DNA of 45,019 nucleotides, counting the filler, from Jimgerdemannia flammicorona (lineage: Eukaryota): the NCBI GenBank assembly GCA_003990765.1. It is 2 parts of 2 records of this genome, joined end to end, with 100 filler letters (N's around TTAATTAATTAA, not from the genome) between each part and the next. Parts side by side here need not be neighbours in the genome. Positions count along the whole stretch, not along the records: positions 22,561 to 45,019 come from RBNJ01001277.1; 1 more part is not named here. One strand, 5' to 3'. Both the position numbers and the translations under genes were made by a program. The notes under the pieces were generated by a model. That model did no database searches. It was given only the letters and a program-made list of their open reading frames with translations, and was not told the origin of the DNA. Below, piece after piece: positions 23,200 to 35,852 of the stretch. How positions within the stretch are numbered: the stretch's first letter is position 1; every line of letters starts with the position of its first letter.

Positions 23200-25715
23200 A
23201 TACATATTTAATAGATTATATTTTGTATTTGACTATCTGTCTTGATAATTATATATCTCTTTTATTTTTATTTTATTTGATGGGTTATATTTTATGTCTG
23301 GCTATCTACCTTAGTAATTCTACTCTTTATTTATTTATTCTTATAAATTATATATCATATCTGGCTATCTGCCTCAATAATTATATCTCTCTTTTATTAT
23401 TTTATTTAATAAATTATATATTATACTTAGTTATCTACCTTAATAATTATATCTCTCTTTTATTATTTTATTTGATGGGTTATATATCATATCTAGCTAT
23501 CTGTCTTAATAATTATATCTACTTTTTATTATTTTATTTGATAAGTTATATTTCATATCTAGTTATCTACCTTGATAATTATATCTCTCTTTTATTATTT
23601 TATTTAATGAGTTATATATCATATCTGGCTATTTGTCTCAATGATTATATTTCTCTTTTATTATTTTATTTGATGGGTTATTTTTATGTCTAACTATCTG
23701 TCTTAATGATTATATCTCTCTTTTATTTTCATTTCATTTGATGAATTATATTTCATATCTAGCTATCTACCTTGACAATTATATCTCTCTTTTATTATTT
23801 TATTTAATAGGTTATATATTATATCTAACTATCTGCCTCAATAATTATATCTCTCTTTTATTATTTTATTTATAAGTTATATATTATATCTGGCTATCTG
23901 TCTTGATGATTATATCTCTCTTTTATTATTTTATTTAATAGATTATATATCATATCTAACTATCTACCTCAATGATTATATCTTTCTTTTATTTTTATTT
24001 TATTTAATAGATTATTTTTGTATTTAGCTATCTGTCTTGATAATTATATTTCTCTTTTATTTTCATTTTATTTGATGAATTATATTTTGTATCTAGTTAT
24101 CTGCCTCAATAATTATATTTCATATCTAACTATCTGTCTTGATGATTATATCTCTCTTTTATTATTTTATTTAATAAGTTATATATTATGTCTAGCTATT
24201 TACCTTTATAATTTTACTCTTTATTTATATATTCTTATAAGATATATATTATATCTGGCTATCTATCTTAATGATTATACATATCTCTTTTTTTTATTTT
24301 ATTTTATTTGATAGGTTATATTTCATATCTTGCTATCTGCCTTAATAATTACATATATCTCCCTTTTATTATTTTATTTAATAAGTTATATATCATATCT
24401 AGTTATTTGCCTTAATAATTATATTTCACATTTATTTTCATTTTATTTAATAAGTTATATTTCATATCTAGCTATCTGCTTTAATAATTATATCTCTCTT
24501 TTATTATTTTATTTAATGGATTATATATCATATCTAGCTATCTGCCTTGATGATTCTATTCTTTATTTATTTATTCTTATAAGTTATATATTATATTTAG
24601 CTATCTATCTCAATAATTATATTTTCCTTTTATTTTCATTTTATTTGATAGATTATATTTCATATCTAACTATCTGCCTTAATAATTATATCTCTCTTTT
24701 ATTATTTTATTTGATGGGTTATATATTATATCTGGCTATCTGTCTTGATAATTATATATTTCTTTTATTTTTATTTTATTTAATGAGTTATATGTCATGT
24801 CTGGCTATCTGTCTCAATAATTATATCTTCTTTTTATTTTCATTTTATTTGATAGTTATATTTTATATCTGGCTATCTGTCTTAACAATTACATCTCTCT
24901 TTTATTATTTTATTTGATAGGTTATATATTATATCTGGCTATCTGCCTTAATAATTCTATATTTTATTTATTTATTCTTATAGATTATATATTGAATCTG
25001 ACTATTTGTCTCAATGATTATATCTCTCTTTTATTATTTTATTTGATGAGATATGTTATGTCTGACTATTTATCTCAATAATTATATCTTCCTTTTATTT
25101 TTATTTTATTTGATAGATTATATTTTGTATCTAGCTATTTGCCTCAATGATTATATCTCTCTTTTATTATTTTACTTGATGGGTTATATATTATATCTGG
25201 CTATCTGTCTTGATGATTATATCTCTCTTTTATTTTTATTTTATTTGATAAGTTATTTTCATGTCTAGCTATCTGCCTTGATGATTATATCTTCATTTTA
25301 TTTGATGGATTATATTTTACATCTAGCTATCTGTCTCAGAAATTCTACTCTTTATTTTATTTATTCTTATAGATTATATATTGTATCTGGCTATCTACCT
25401 CAATGATTATATTTTCTTTTATTTTCATTGTATTTAATGGGTTATATTTCATGTCTGGCTATCTGTCTTGATGATTATATCTCCCTTTTATTTTCATTTT
25501 ATTTGATAGGTTATATGTTATATCTGGTTATCTACCTTAATAATTATATCTCTCTTTTATTTTTATTTTATTTGGTGGGTTATATTTCATATCTGGCTAT
25601 CTGCCTTGATGATTATATCTCCCTTTTATTATTTTATTTGATGGATTATATGTCATGTCTGACTATCTGCCTCAATGATTATATCTCCCTTTTATTTTCA
25701 TTTTGTGTCTGGCTA
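23200..25715. repeat. Tandem array (minisatellite) of 66/69-bp units, roughly 35-40 copies, CpG-free
   Basis: Approximate consensus TATCTGGCTATCTG(C/T)CTTGATGATTATATCTCTCTTTTATT(ATT/TTCATT)TTATTTGATGGGTTATATTTCA; it appears as 22/23-aa periodicity in the ORF track. Confidence 0.93.
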
Positions 25716-26392
25716 GCAAGCACAACCTAATTATGGACTGATGTCCTGGTCTCGTCGAGACTGTTATGTCATCAACGAGACTTTGTTGGCGGACTGGACG
25801 GGACGAACTGATTGGGCGAATGTGTGGGCTGGACCAATGAACATGCCAGAAGTTTAAACATTTTATTAGCGGTAAAGAAGGAGGACGCAATGATTTCATT
25901 TGGGATTAATGTCTCATCCACATGATCCGAAAAATGCTATTGTGACAACTTGCTGCCATACTGACGCGCATCCGTTTTTATTCGAGTCGCCCGTATCAAT
26001 GTTGGCTACAGGCATTATTTTATTTATTTTATTTTTGGTTTTAATTTTACTGTTTTTAATGGGGCTTCTATTTTATTTTTCATGTTTTTTTACCAAACAA
26101 TAAATTGTCATCAGAAATGTGAAGGGGCCCAGTCAACGCGCAGTCACACAACACGTCCTTTGTGTGAAATGCCCATAACCGGACCGAATCAACAATGCTC
26201 AGGCACCCTAGAATTACGATGAGCGAGCATAGCCAATGGCAGGTCATGCAGTCAGATCGTCAGCATTCGCGACCCATCTGTTCCAAGGCACGATAGCAAT
26301 TTTGTGACGGGTGCATTAATGTATGTATATAATTATGCAACCGATTTTAAATCGTGATATTTAAACCACCTGATTTTTAAAGTTCTATTAGC

Positions 26393-26570
26393 GAGTGGGC
26401 TGCAAAGAACGGACACGTCAAGGTCATGAGGTTGCTGTTGGCCAATTCAGGGCGCCCAGGACAGCACGCCATTTCAATTAGCTGCACAGTATGGGCATAT
26501 CGAGATCGTGAGGTTGCTCGTGGCCGACGCCAAAGCCGTGTATCAGAATGGTGAAACGCTGAGTTATTAA
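26393..26570 (+). pseudogene. Ankyrin-repeat gene fragment (two repeats, frameshifted)
   Basis: EWAAKNGHVKVMRLLLANSG, then in another frame STPFQLAAQYGHIEIVRLLVADAKAVYQNGET; both fit the ANK consensus TPLHxAAxxGHxEIVxLLL. Confidence 0.8.
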
Positions 26571-26604
26571 AAAAAAAAAAAAAAAAAAAAAGAACGCTGA
26601 GTTA
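26555..26604 (+). mobile_element. Solo poly(A) insertion with a 12-bp TSD
   Basis: AACGCTGAGTTA (26555-26566), then TT-A23-G, then AACGCTGAGTTA (26593-26604). Confidence 0.75.
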
Positions 26605-27039
26605 CGCCAAAATTAGAGCTAACCAAAACACTTAGAACTGTAAAAACGGAGTGGCTTAAATATCACGATTTATAAAAAGGGCAATCAGGCGATGGAGCAT
26701 AGGTGTAATGTATAACCATGGGGTCCTAATAAGAGCAGCTTTGATGGTATACGCGGGTCGGGTCGCTTATCCAAAGCCGACGACGATAATGACGAACATT
26801 CGGAGGACCTTGAAAGGGGCCAAGAAACAAACCCGGTAATATTATTACAGGCGAACCCAAGTTTCGCTCGCTTTGAGTTTTTCAGAGGAAGATGTACATG
26901 AGCGAACAAGGAGGGTGAAGGGGGTATGAAGTGGGCTATCATAATATAAAGATCAAATAATACAACGAGCCTGCGTTTATATATGGAAGTAATTCTACAC
27001 AAAAGGGGGTCGAGAAAGAGAATAAACAACCAAAACATC

Positions 27040-28863
27040 TTACACCTTAACCAACCTCACGCCACCGACCTGCCTCTCGATCCCGTCCGCGGCGGTCATA
27101 GTCCACGGCGAAATATCCAACCCCCTCGCTACGCCCCGCGTGTCGCGCTGGAGATGCCCGCCAAAGTGCCTATGTAAGTTCGGGTCGGACTTTGAAGTTC
27201 GGAGCTGCGCGGCGGGGTCGACGGGGTGTAAGGTGAGGCCGTCCGTCACGGGTGCGGTTGCGGATGCGGGATGGCTCTGCTTAAGCAGCTTCGAGACCTG
27301 CGCCTGGTACTTATGCACGGTTGGCACGACATTCTTGACAAATCCGCCGACGCTCTCCATGGCCTTCTTTGCGGGCTCGAGGAAATTGAAGGCGTGGAAG
27401 ACGTGTACCATGTCCTCGTAGCACTCGTGCTGGACGTGGGTAGTCTCCGATTCAGCGAGGCGACGGGCCAGCTGGTTGATCTCATCGCACAGGTTCTCCG
27501 AGTCGCCGTGCTGGATCAAGAGCGGGGGCAGGTTCTCGAACGAGGTCGCGAAGAGGGGAGAGACGTACGGATGCTTTGCTAGCTGCGGGTACTGATCGCC
27601 CAGGTAGAACCTTGTCGGGTGAAGAGGAGCGTCCTCTTGAGGGCGTGGCGGGAGATAGTCGAAGAGGATGTTCGTGTCCCAGCTCGGTGAACTGAAGGTC
27701 AGGTCGACCCACGGCTGGAAACAAAAATTTGGCGAACGATTAAACATGAGTTCCCAAATTCGAATATGCCAACATAAATGAGCGCAAATTGCACATCGAC
27801 GAACACATACCGAAAACAGCACGCCACCGCCCGGTGTCTCCATATCATGGTCCCTCAGGTAAAATAAAAGGGCTAGAGCCAACCCGCCGCCCGCCGAATC
27901 GCCCATCACCACTACGTCCTTGGGATTGATGGCCAAACCATCGGGATCCGTAAGATACAGGAAGGCGTAGACGGCGTCAAGTAGCGCGCCAGGGAAAGGA
28001 GTTTCGGGAGAGAGGCGGTAATTTAAGGCTGTGATTTATTATCATTTATTTTATTTTATTTGGGAGGGAGGGAGGGGGTGATGAAATAAAATAGTGAGAA
28101 TGGCACTGGAGAGTGTGTAAGAGGGAACCAGATGATACCAGTAAATATACTCACCAAAAACCCTCTGGCCGGTAACCTTGCTGACACGATACGTGATATC
28201 TCTGTGAGTCTTTGCGCTCATCAGGTAATACGCGCCGCCATGCAAATATAGGACGACCTTCTCCCTCCCCTGCCTCTTGCCCTTAATCCTTCCACCCAAA
28301 TCGAGCGCGCTTCTCTCGGCTGCGTCCGACGCCCTGGCCTTGGTCTCTGCGTTCCACCTCTCCCACACCTTCCTTTCCGCTACCCACTCGCCGGTAAGCT
28401 CTCTAGATCCGTCCTCCTGCGCATCATGCACCGCCAGCAGGCCCTTGAGCTTGTGCGAACTGACGCGGAAAGATGTCTCGGTGATGACGGCGCTCCAAGG
28501 GATCATGTTGGGCATGAAAACGAGGGCGCGTGCCATGGCGAGGTCGCCGAGGTGGGTGTGGGAGGTGATCTGTTGGAAAACTGAGACGAACATGGCGAGG
28601 CGGATGTCCCACGAGGGCTTCTTGGGCTTGGAGAAGGTGTGGGTGAGGAAGTCGGTAGCCAGCGAGCGAACGTTATGCGTGAGCAGACTGACGGATTTGA
28701 GCAGAAGCTCAGTGGCCGTGTTCCTCTGCACCAGCGCCACCGTCGTGATCGGTGCCGGCGTAGGCAATGGTTTGCAGCAGCCCTCGATAGCGCACGTTGA
28801 CCAACGGTCGGAGGGGACAGAGGTGGGCCGCGCGTGGTCGATGGTGGGTTGGAGGGTGAGCAT
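27040..28863 (-). CDS. Alpha/beta-hydrolase, hormone-sensitive-lipase (GDXG) family esterase/lipase, ~533 aa, 3 exons: 28863-28155, 28028-27811, 27714-27040
   Basis: Motifs YLHGGAY, ALNYRLSPETPFPGALLDA, GDSAGGGL, FSPWVDL, GDSENL and MVHVF. Introns GTGAGT..CAG (28154-28029) and GTATGT..CAG (27810-27715) give a 1602-nt open frame. Confidence 0.93.
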
Positions 28864-29743
28864 TTTTTTTTTTTTTGTGAGAGTGTAATTGGATTCTGCC
28901 TGCAGAATTCAAAGGACAAGGGTCCATGACGCGCCTCTTTATTCGCGATGTAGGAGGCGGTCACATGGGTCTGGCAGATGCATCGACTTCCAAATGCGAG
29001 TGTTGTCAAGCCACATGACCCAAGTGTGTTATAGAAATGGTCCCATCTTGAGCCCCCGTTACACACCGTTCTCGTTGTTTTACACTTATTTGTTTTCGAG
29101 GAAAGGCGAAAGGAATTAAAAAAAAAAAAAAACCTATCTCGTCGTACATTCACGCCACAAGCCCGCTCTGACCAATGCGTTCACATGAAATTCATACGTG
29201 ACGCTCACACTGCGCAGGGAGGTTTAGGCCTCGCACAAGTTCAACTGTCAAAATTGACCCATGACCGGCCTGGTGGGAAATGGCACATGCAAACCTGGAG
29301 TAGGAGAGGAAGGGGGAATCACATGCAGGGTGGGACCACGACACATAACGTATGTACATTGAATAAATCAGCGGGTGTCGCCAGCGAAGGCGCGCTATGT
29401 TGGTACGATCGACGTTCGCATTGGGGCGCAATTCCGTATGACAAGCCGTTATGCACAAGTCAGTGTTTACAAGTCAAGCGATACCTTTTGGGCCACCCTT
29501 TCCTGTTTCGTGGCGTTGCGGGTGCATGGGGTCCAAAAGCGTTCGGATTCGGGCAAGGAAAATATTGGGCGGAAAATATAATCTGAGGCCGAGGACAGTG
29601 TACGGTATATACGACGCGTCCATGTCCAGGATTGATTGTGTGCGGGTGAGATCTCTTGGCCTAGCTAGCGAGATACCTTAAATCTTCCCCACCCAAATCT
29701 TTTGTCTGGGTCACGCTGGCAGCGGCGCTGTCCTGTTTTCACA

Positions 29744-29803
29744 TGAGACGAATCAATGGACGCCATTTGAAATTGAGACGAATCAATGGACGCCATTTAA
29801 TAT
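29744..29803. repeat. 30-bp tandem duplication
   Basis: TGAGACGAATCAATGGACGCCATTTGAAAT followed by TGAGACGAATCAATGGACGCCATTTAATAT. Confidence 0.9.
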
Positions 29804-30466
29804 TGACGACGCGTCAGCGTTTTAACTCTAAAAAAAATGAACGCCCCAGGTCTCGAATGGGCCCCAACCACATCTGCTCACATGTCTCCAAAGCAATGAT
29901 TTAGTCCCATGTCACATTTCTGCGCCGCTTCCCTACGCCCATGCCCCTGACCGGGGACGACAATCACAATAGTATCCGCCATGCGGTCACCACCCACTGG
30001 CACGGTCCGGGAACTCGTCAGGATCGCCGTCGTCCCCGATCCGAAATTCAGATCAACCACCTATACCACGCGACCGACCGTATATACGTGAGGAAATGAT
30101 GTAATTAACAGTGGGGGATCGAGCAATATTAATTACAAGGGGTCGTTGCTCGATGCAATGCAGTGAAGAAAAAGAAGGAAAATGAAGGGCCGGAACCAAT
30201 ATTGAAAAACAAAACAAAAAACAAAAAGATCAATACACCCGATAAGAAAACAAGGGAAGACTAACGGTAGAAAGAGTACGAAAGGAAAGGAAAAAGTTTT
30301 CTCCGTATTTCCAGATTCCAAAACACTACTCTTGAGAACCTCCCCCTCTCCCTTATTATATACACACACACACAAAAGCGATACACGCCATTCGTCACCG
30401 TATTCGCCATCTCACTTCCTCTCCCTACAACCCCCATCCTTTCGACTAACGATCCTACCTCCGTGC

Positions 30467-30853
30467 TCACTCCTCATCCTCGCTCTCCGACTGACCATTA
30501 AGAGTCTTCCTCCGTTCGGCCTTGATCCTCTTCTGCTCGACGATATCAATATTCTTCTTCACAATCTCGCTCTTCTCCTCCAGCGCGGCGGCTTCCTCGC
30601 GCAACCGGTCAATCATCTCCCGCAGCTCGTCCACCGAGTACAGTGACATCTTGCTCAGGTCTACCCGCGGCTTTTCCTCTTCCTCCTCCTCGTATTCTTC
30701 CCCTCCTTCCTCCTCCCCCGACTCCTTCACGATATCCTCGCGGACATCGTCATGCCCGGTTCCAGCTCCGGCGTCCGTATGGTCCTCGACGGCGGTGACC
30801 GCCCCGTGGACGCCGTGATCTTGGATGGTGGAATTCTGTTCGGGTGCGGACAT
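30467..30853 (-). CDS. Small acidic protein with a predicted C-terminal coiled coil, 128 aa, function unknown
   Basis: Single ORF with AAACATGTCC start context, GC3-rich codons like the hydrolase gene, a Glu tract and the heptad-like segment DELREMIDRLREEAAALEEKSEIVKKNID. Confidence 0.7.
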   Translation of the reverse strand: MSAPEQNSTIQDHGVHGAVTAVEDHTDAGAGTGHDDVREDIVKESGEEEGGEEYEEEEEEKPRVDLSKMSLYSVDELREMIDRLREEAAALEEKSEIVKKNIDIVEQKRIKAERRKTLNGQSESEDEE

Positions 30854-33436
30854 GTTTGGTTTGGGTTGATGCGGTTTGGTATGGTACGGTTTGGTTCGGT
30901 GGGCGGTTTGTTGGAGCGGAAGAAGTGTGTGGGTTTGCTTGGCGTGGGGTGGGAAGAAGAAAGGGGGGGGGCTTGGGAGTCGCGAAGGGTGTGCGTATGC
31001 GTGATCGATTTTATCGGAGATTTTAACCTCGAGTAATAGAAATCCCGCTAAGCCACACCCACGGTTTTAAACGAGTCTGCACTGCAACTCGACTGAAAAT
31101 TAATACCATGCTAGTTTGCCGAAACTCCTGCAACCCCAAGGTCAGCCTTCATTCACGCACTCTGAGGGTGTGCTTTCCCGGCCACAGGCCTGGTAGATTG
31201 GTTTTCATCATGCAGGGTGTTGTGATTTGTAACCGTTCGTTATGAAATCAACTCCAGAACCGGTATCGAGCAGGTGATGTTGCACACAATTGGAGCCAAG
31301 CCTCTCGACGTACGACCGCACCGCGCCGGCACTAGAATTCGCGGGGTGAGAATCGGAGACTGCGCAACCGTCCCCGCACGGGGGACGTTTTTTTTTTTTT
31401 GCTTGGGATTTTGCTCCATTGTATGGTTTTTTGGGGAGTTACCCTGCCTGTTAGGTGGTCTCATGCTCGATAAGAAAACGGAAGGCATGATGATTACGAG
31501 AGATTGTGCTGTGCACTCAGTGCACGTAACTTATACGTGTGCATGCCCCGATCCTCCCGCTTTGATGTCTTATGACGGCATAATGGCAATCCTAACTTGT
31601 GCACTCCGTCGAACGAGCCGTCCTGAACATTGGAATCAAACATCAACGAGGTCTTCTGAGATTATCACCCATCGACAATTTTGTTTCGAAAACCCGGTCC
31701 TTTAAAAACTAGCGACCGATCACATCGCCGATCCCATCACAACTTCAGACTTTGCGCTCTTGGCGGTGCAACGCCTTGACATATAATTAGCACACAGCCG
31801 AGTCTTTAGTAAGATCCGTGCATGATTGTTAGCCAACTCGTGACCTGGCTCCACGTGATCCCTGAAGGTGGGTGGTTGCGGGAAGCAATCTGCTGATGGC
31901 CTGTTGGTTATTAAAATCGTTGGCTTCATCACTAATGAGTCTCAACCCATCAAGCGAGCGTCGGAAATCAATCTACAAAAGAGATTACTTGGCGTGAATC
32001 TGCGCAGGGTTTTTTCCAGCGAGTTGGCGGGTTTCAATGGATCCATGAACTTTTTTTTTTTTTGCTGCGATTTGCCGCCTCGCAGAACCGCACGGAGTCA
32101 TCACATTAGATCAGCGAGAAATACGAGGGAGTATCTCTGTAATTTGAAAAAAGAAAAAGAAAAACGGCCAAGTAAACCTATGCATCCTGACGTTTTCGTT
32201 CGTACGTGGACTTTTGCGGCCATTGTGGACTAAACTAAGCCACCCTAGCCCGACCGAATTGGTTACATAAACAAGTCGGTTCTAACGAGTCAGGTCGGGT
32301 CGGGTCGGGTTTTTGCGGCGCGTGGGCGGAAATGAAGAATTCTGACGAGACTAACCAAGACATTACGACACAAAGAATCACTTGTTAATCATATAGAGCG
32401 TACTCAAGTTTTCGAACACGAAAGATTATCAAGAACAACGATCATGCTATGTTAACGATCGGTCCGCTTAACATGCGAAATATTGGAGGTCTAGATAGTT
32501 AATAAACAGGTTTGTGGTTGGTCAAATCTTCGGTACATTTGGTGAAGGGGAACAATATCCAGTGACCTGCCTGCGCCCCCAAAAATTAACACCACCCAAG
32601 TTGGCTATACCACAATTAAGAAATTGAATATGCGCTTTTTATGGTGACTTCTTGCCTAATGGCCATATTACGAGGAACAGTTAGTTTGCAGTTCATGTGT
32701 TTGAATTGAGCACATGCGCAACAAATTTAAAAACCGTGGGTTCTTATTGCCAGTTTGAAGTAGTACATGCTTGCCGAACTTCAACTCGGAAGGATAGTAC
32801 CTAAAGGACGTCCAACTCTTCTTTGTTTCCAACGCAGCTGTAATTTTGCGGCACGTCTTTTGATGCCTGGTCCTGTAGGATGGGTGGCCTTTGCGCATTT
32901 GGGAAGTTTAAGATGGTCGAAAATAGGGAAATATAATTATAAAACAAAGACGAAATCGCCAAGCCTCGTTACTTGCTATTCCGTGGGGTCGGGGTGTGTG
33001 TGCGTGAGTTACCTTAACCATCTTCTGCCACTTTCCCGTGAACAAATTAAAGCGTCACAAAACATATCATCTCTGTTTAATGGTCATAAAGGAACGGCCT
33101 ATTATTCCTGAGGGTCCATCGCATTCCTCAAACTCCCAGTTTCAAACCAAAGAAATTCGGAATACCAACCATTACAAATCGGTCTTGATTTTAAATACGC
33201 TTCACTCTTCATCTTTTAAAACCAGTTTTTTCTCAAAACTGGATGGCTCAAATATCGACTCGTGATTGAACGGGCCATATGTTGCGGGCGACATAAAAGG
33301 GTTCCATGCTAATTACTAATCTGTATACTCCGCATTTCAACCCACACGTCCGGAATGACCTTTTGGATGTTAGATTGCAAATTAAGTATTTAAGATTATT
33401 GTTGTCGCAATAAATCGTCAATCTCTCCCCATCATC

Positions 33437-33496
33437 ATGCCTTACCATTTCAACAATAGTACACGATATATGGATCCCACAGAGTAAGTCTCTCTA

Positions 33497-33528
<32 letters not shown>

Positions 33529-34045
33529 CGTTACACTGACTTATAAGATAACCTAACGGCGAATTCAGCGGTCGATGCTTCTTAGACGACTTGCCTGCGG
33601 AATCTCTTGTAGAATTGCAAAAGTTGCAAACCTCTTTGCAACATCAGAAACCCGAGTCTACCGACGCATTGAACTATAATCCTGACAAATGTGAGTCGAT
33701 CCCATCATCGCAAATGATCGTCACCACTTTCGTTGCTCGGTGTTGAAAGCATGGACCAACCCTCCATGCGTGCAATAATTTGCAGCACTTTTGCATGTCG
33801 GTCTCGGTTTTGACTTCATTCAAGTCACTTTCGGGGAAATGCCTCCAAGTCACCATCGCAAGTTCAACGAACCAAGGGCCACCAGTGCCTGCCAGCCATG
33901 CCGAGACGCTCATAGGAAATGCAACGGTTCGCGGCCCCGTTGCGCGAAGCATGGTCGAGAGTTCACTGATGAGCAGCGTCAACACCATGGTTTTCCAGGA
34001 ATGCCCGCTACGCCAGCTAGTAGTGATGAGATCGAGCCTAGATAA
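33437..34045 (+). CDS. Mini Zn2Cys6-family protein 1 (~142 aa; exons 33437-33483, 33569-33690, 33786-34045); cluster degenerate (4 Cys)
   Basis: Introns GTAAGT..CTAAC..CAG and GTGAGT..CAG splice in frame: MPYHF...DPTDGRCFLDDLPAESLVELQKL...FDFIQVTF...ACQPCRDAHRKCNGSRPRCAKHGREFT. Confidence 0.75.
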
Positions 34046-35112
34046 CGGGGTAAATGACAATGTCACTTGCGGATGATAAGGGTACGTTCAACTTCAACCT
34101 TTTCCCGTTAATACAGTGAAGTGTGATACGATCATCCACCATCTTTGATCGAGCGCTGAACTCTCATTCACTTCCATCAAAGATCCTCAATATGTGTCCA
34201 GCAGCGGCCCAAGAGGTGGCTCGCCTTCCCCAATTACGTTATTTCATTCTCTCGCCGATTAACGTCGTTCAAATGACATCTTCGAGATAATGGTTATGGC
34301 AATTATGCGTGCGATGAATCAAGACTGCAGCCCACATCATTTAGGGCAATGCATTAATTATGATATGACAAGACTAAGCACCATGCAACCGTCAACATTT
34401 AGGATAGACCAATTAATCGCACAACAAAGCATTCTAAAAAAATAAAAATAAAAATAGAAACCACAGACTTCTCGACCTCTCTGAATCAGCATGACCGCTA
34501 TATCATTAAAGAAAACTTCACAAGGTCGCAGTCAATCTACCAAAGCAAGTGTTATATTACTCAGCAAAGGGCGCCGAATCTTTAATGCTTTGTTGAGGGC
34601 ACCGCGACCTCGGGACATCAAAACCAATGGGGCCGAAAGTTAGCACATGAAATGTCGTAGTTGCTCGTCGGAACGCCGTAGGGAGCAACCCGCACAGGGG
34701 CAGGGTAGTCACGCGGCATACCGTCGCATGGATGGGTCTCGAGGTTGGATTTAGCCCCAAATTTGGGATCCGATAGAGGTTGGAGAATGTGGCGTGTTAT
34801 AATTATATATATATATCAATTTATTTTATGAAATTTATCTTATTTCATACCAACCAGCAGATCTTCGATCTTCTATTAAAAAAGGAGATTCGTCTAAAAT
34901 TATAAGCTTGTCGTCCAACCTTTGACCGGTGGTTCCTTCCTCTCTCACCGACTGCACATGCCCATTGTAAGTATTGTAAGTTGTGCTCCACACGTCGTTG
35001 TCCCAGTCACGCGACGACCTGGATCCTTTATCTCGGGATGCGTCATCCGATTTTACCCGTCCTGTCGGAAACCGCGAATCGATCACGTGGCAAATCGATC
35101 CGAGTAAACCAA

Positions 35113-35160
<48 letters not shown>

Positions 35161-35189
35161 CGTTAACTTTCTTACCGACTTATCTGCAG

Positions 35190-35443
35190 AATGCCTCAAA
35201 AATGGGGAATGCCTCAAAATATTACAGAAAAAACGCGACCAACAGCCGGTTCCGTCATGTGCAGACTCCCATCAACGCGGGAAAGCAAACCCTCCAGTCG
35301 CTGGCCTTTGGCTTGAACACGCAATCACGATGATGATGGTTCCCAGCAATCAAAACCTGCATGACATGTAAACAGACCCATAAGGAGTGCAATGGTTGCA
35401 ACCTGCCTGCACAGATGGGTCGGTTAATGATGTCCAAATTTAA
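35190..35443 (+). pseudogene. Zn2Cys6 pseudogene 2 (fragment; boundaries approximate)
   Basis: QSR**WFPAIKTCMTCKQTHKECNG (first Cys at 35358), then a frameshift to LQPACT. The stops CGA TGA TGA TGG look like decayed Arg codons. Confidence 0.7.
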
Positions 35444-35814
35444 TGTTTCTGGGCCTGTTGAGCAGGCTTAATTGGAGCCTTAGTATTTTCAATCTCTCCC
35501 AGTGCCCCAGTGATGCAGTTGAAAATTTTATGTGCCATTTCGAATAATCCGTTTCCAACATAATCATCAGAACCCATCACACAATGCGCTCAGGTATACA
35601 CCGTATTTTCCAAAAAATCCGAAAAATGCATGAAGGGTTTGGGGAAGCGGATGGCCATGGTAATTACCGATACCGAGAAATGCACGATGAGTGGAATATT
35701 GTTACGTAGTAAAGACTATGGGAATATATTAACTTATCACCTTATTCAGATTTCCTCGACTACCATTTCATCGGCCGAAAGACAGAAGACCCGGGACATA
35801 CTCGGCTGTTGGGC

Positions 35815-35852
<38 letters not shown>

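Noticed and set aside
23200..25715. CRISPR-like periodicity of about 66 bp
   Set aside because: The whole unit repeats with no unique spacers, there are no cas genes, and the context is eukaryotic.
23001..25730. Long hydrophobic + strand ORFs (YLAICLDDYISLLLF repeats) that look like membrane proteins
   Set aside because: They are by-products of a T-rich satellite with unit lengths divisible by 3; the composition is explained by C-to-T/G-to-A erosion.
28277..28888. 203-aa + strand ORF and other ORFs overlapping the lipase
   Set aside because: Antisense or alternative-frame shadows of a GC-rich coding gene.
31240..33450. Several 70-140 aa ORFs
   Set aside because: No recognisable domains or codon bias, and some run through poly-T tracts; probably intergenic.
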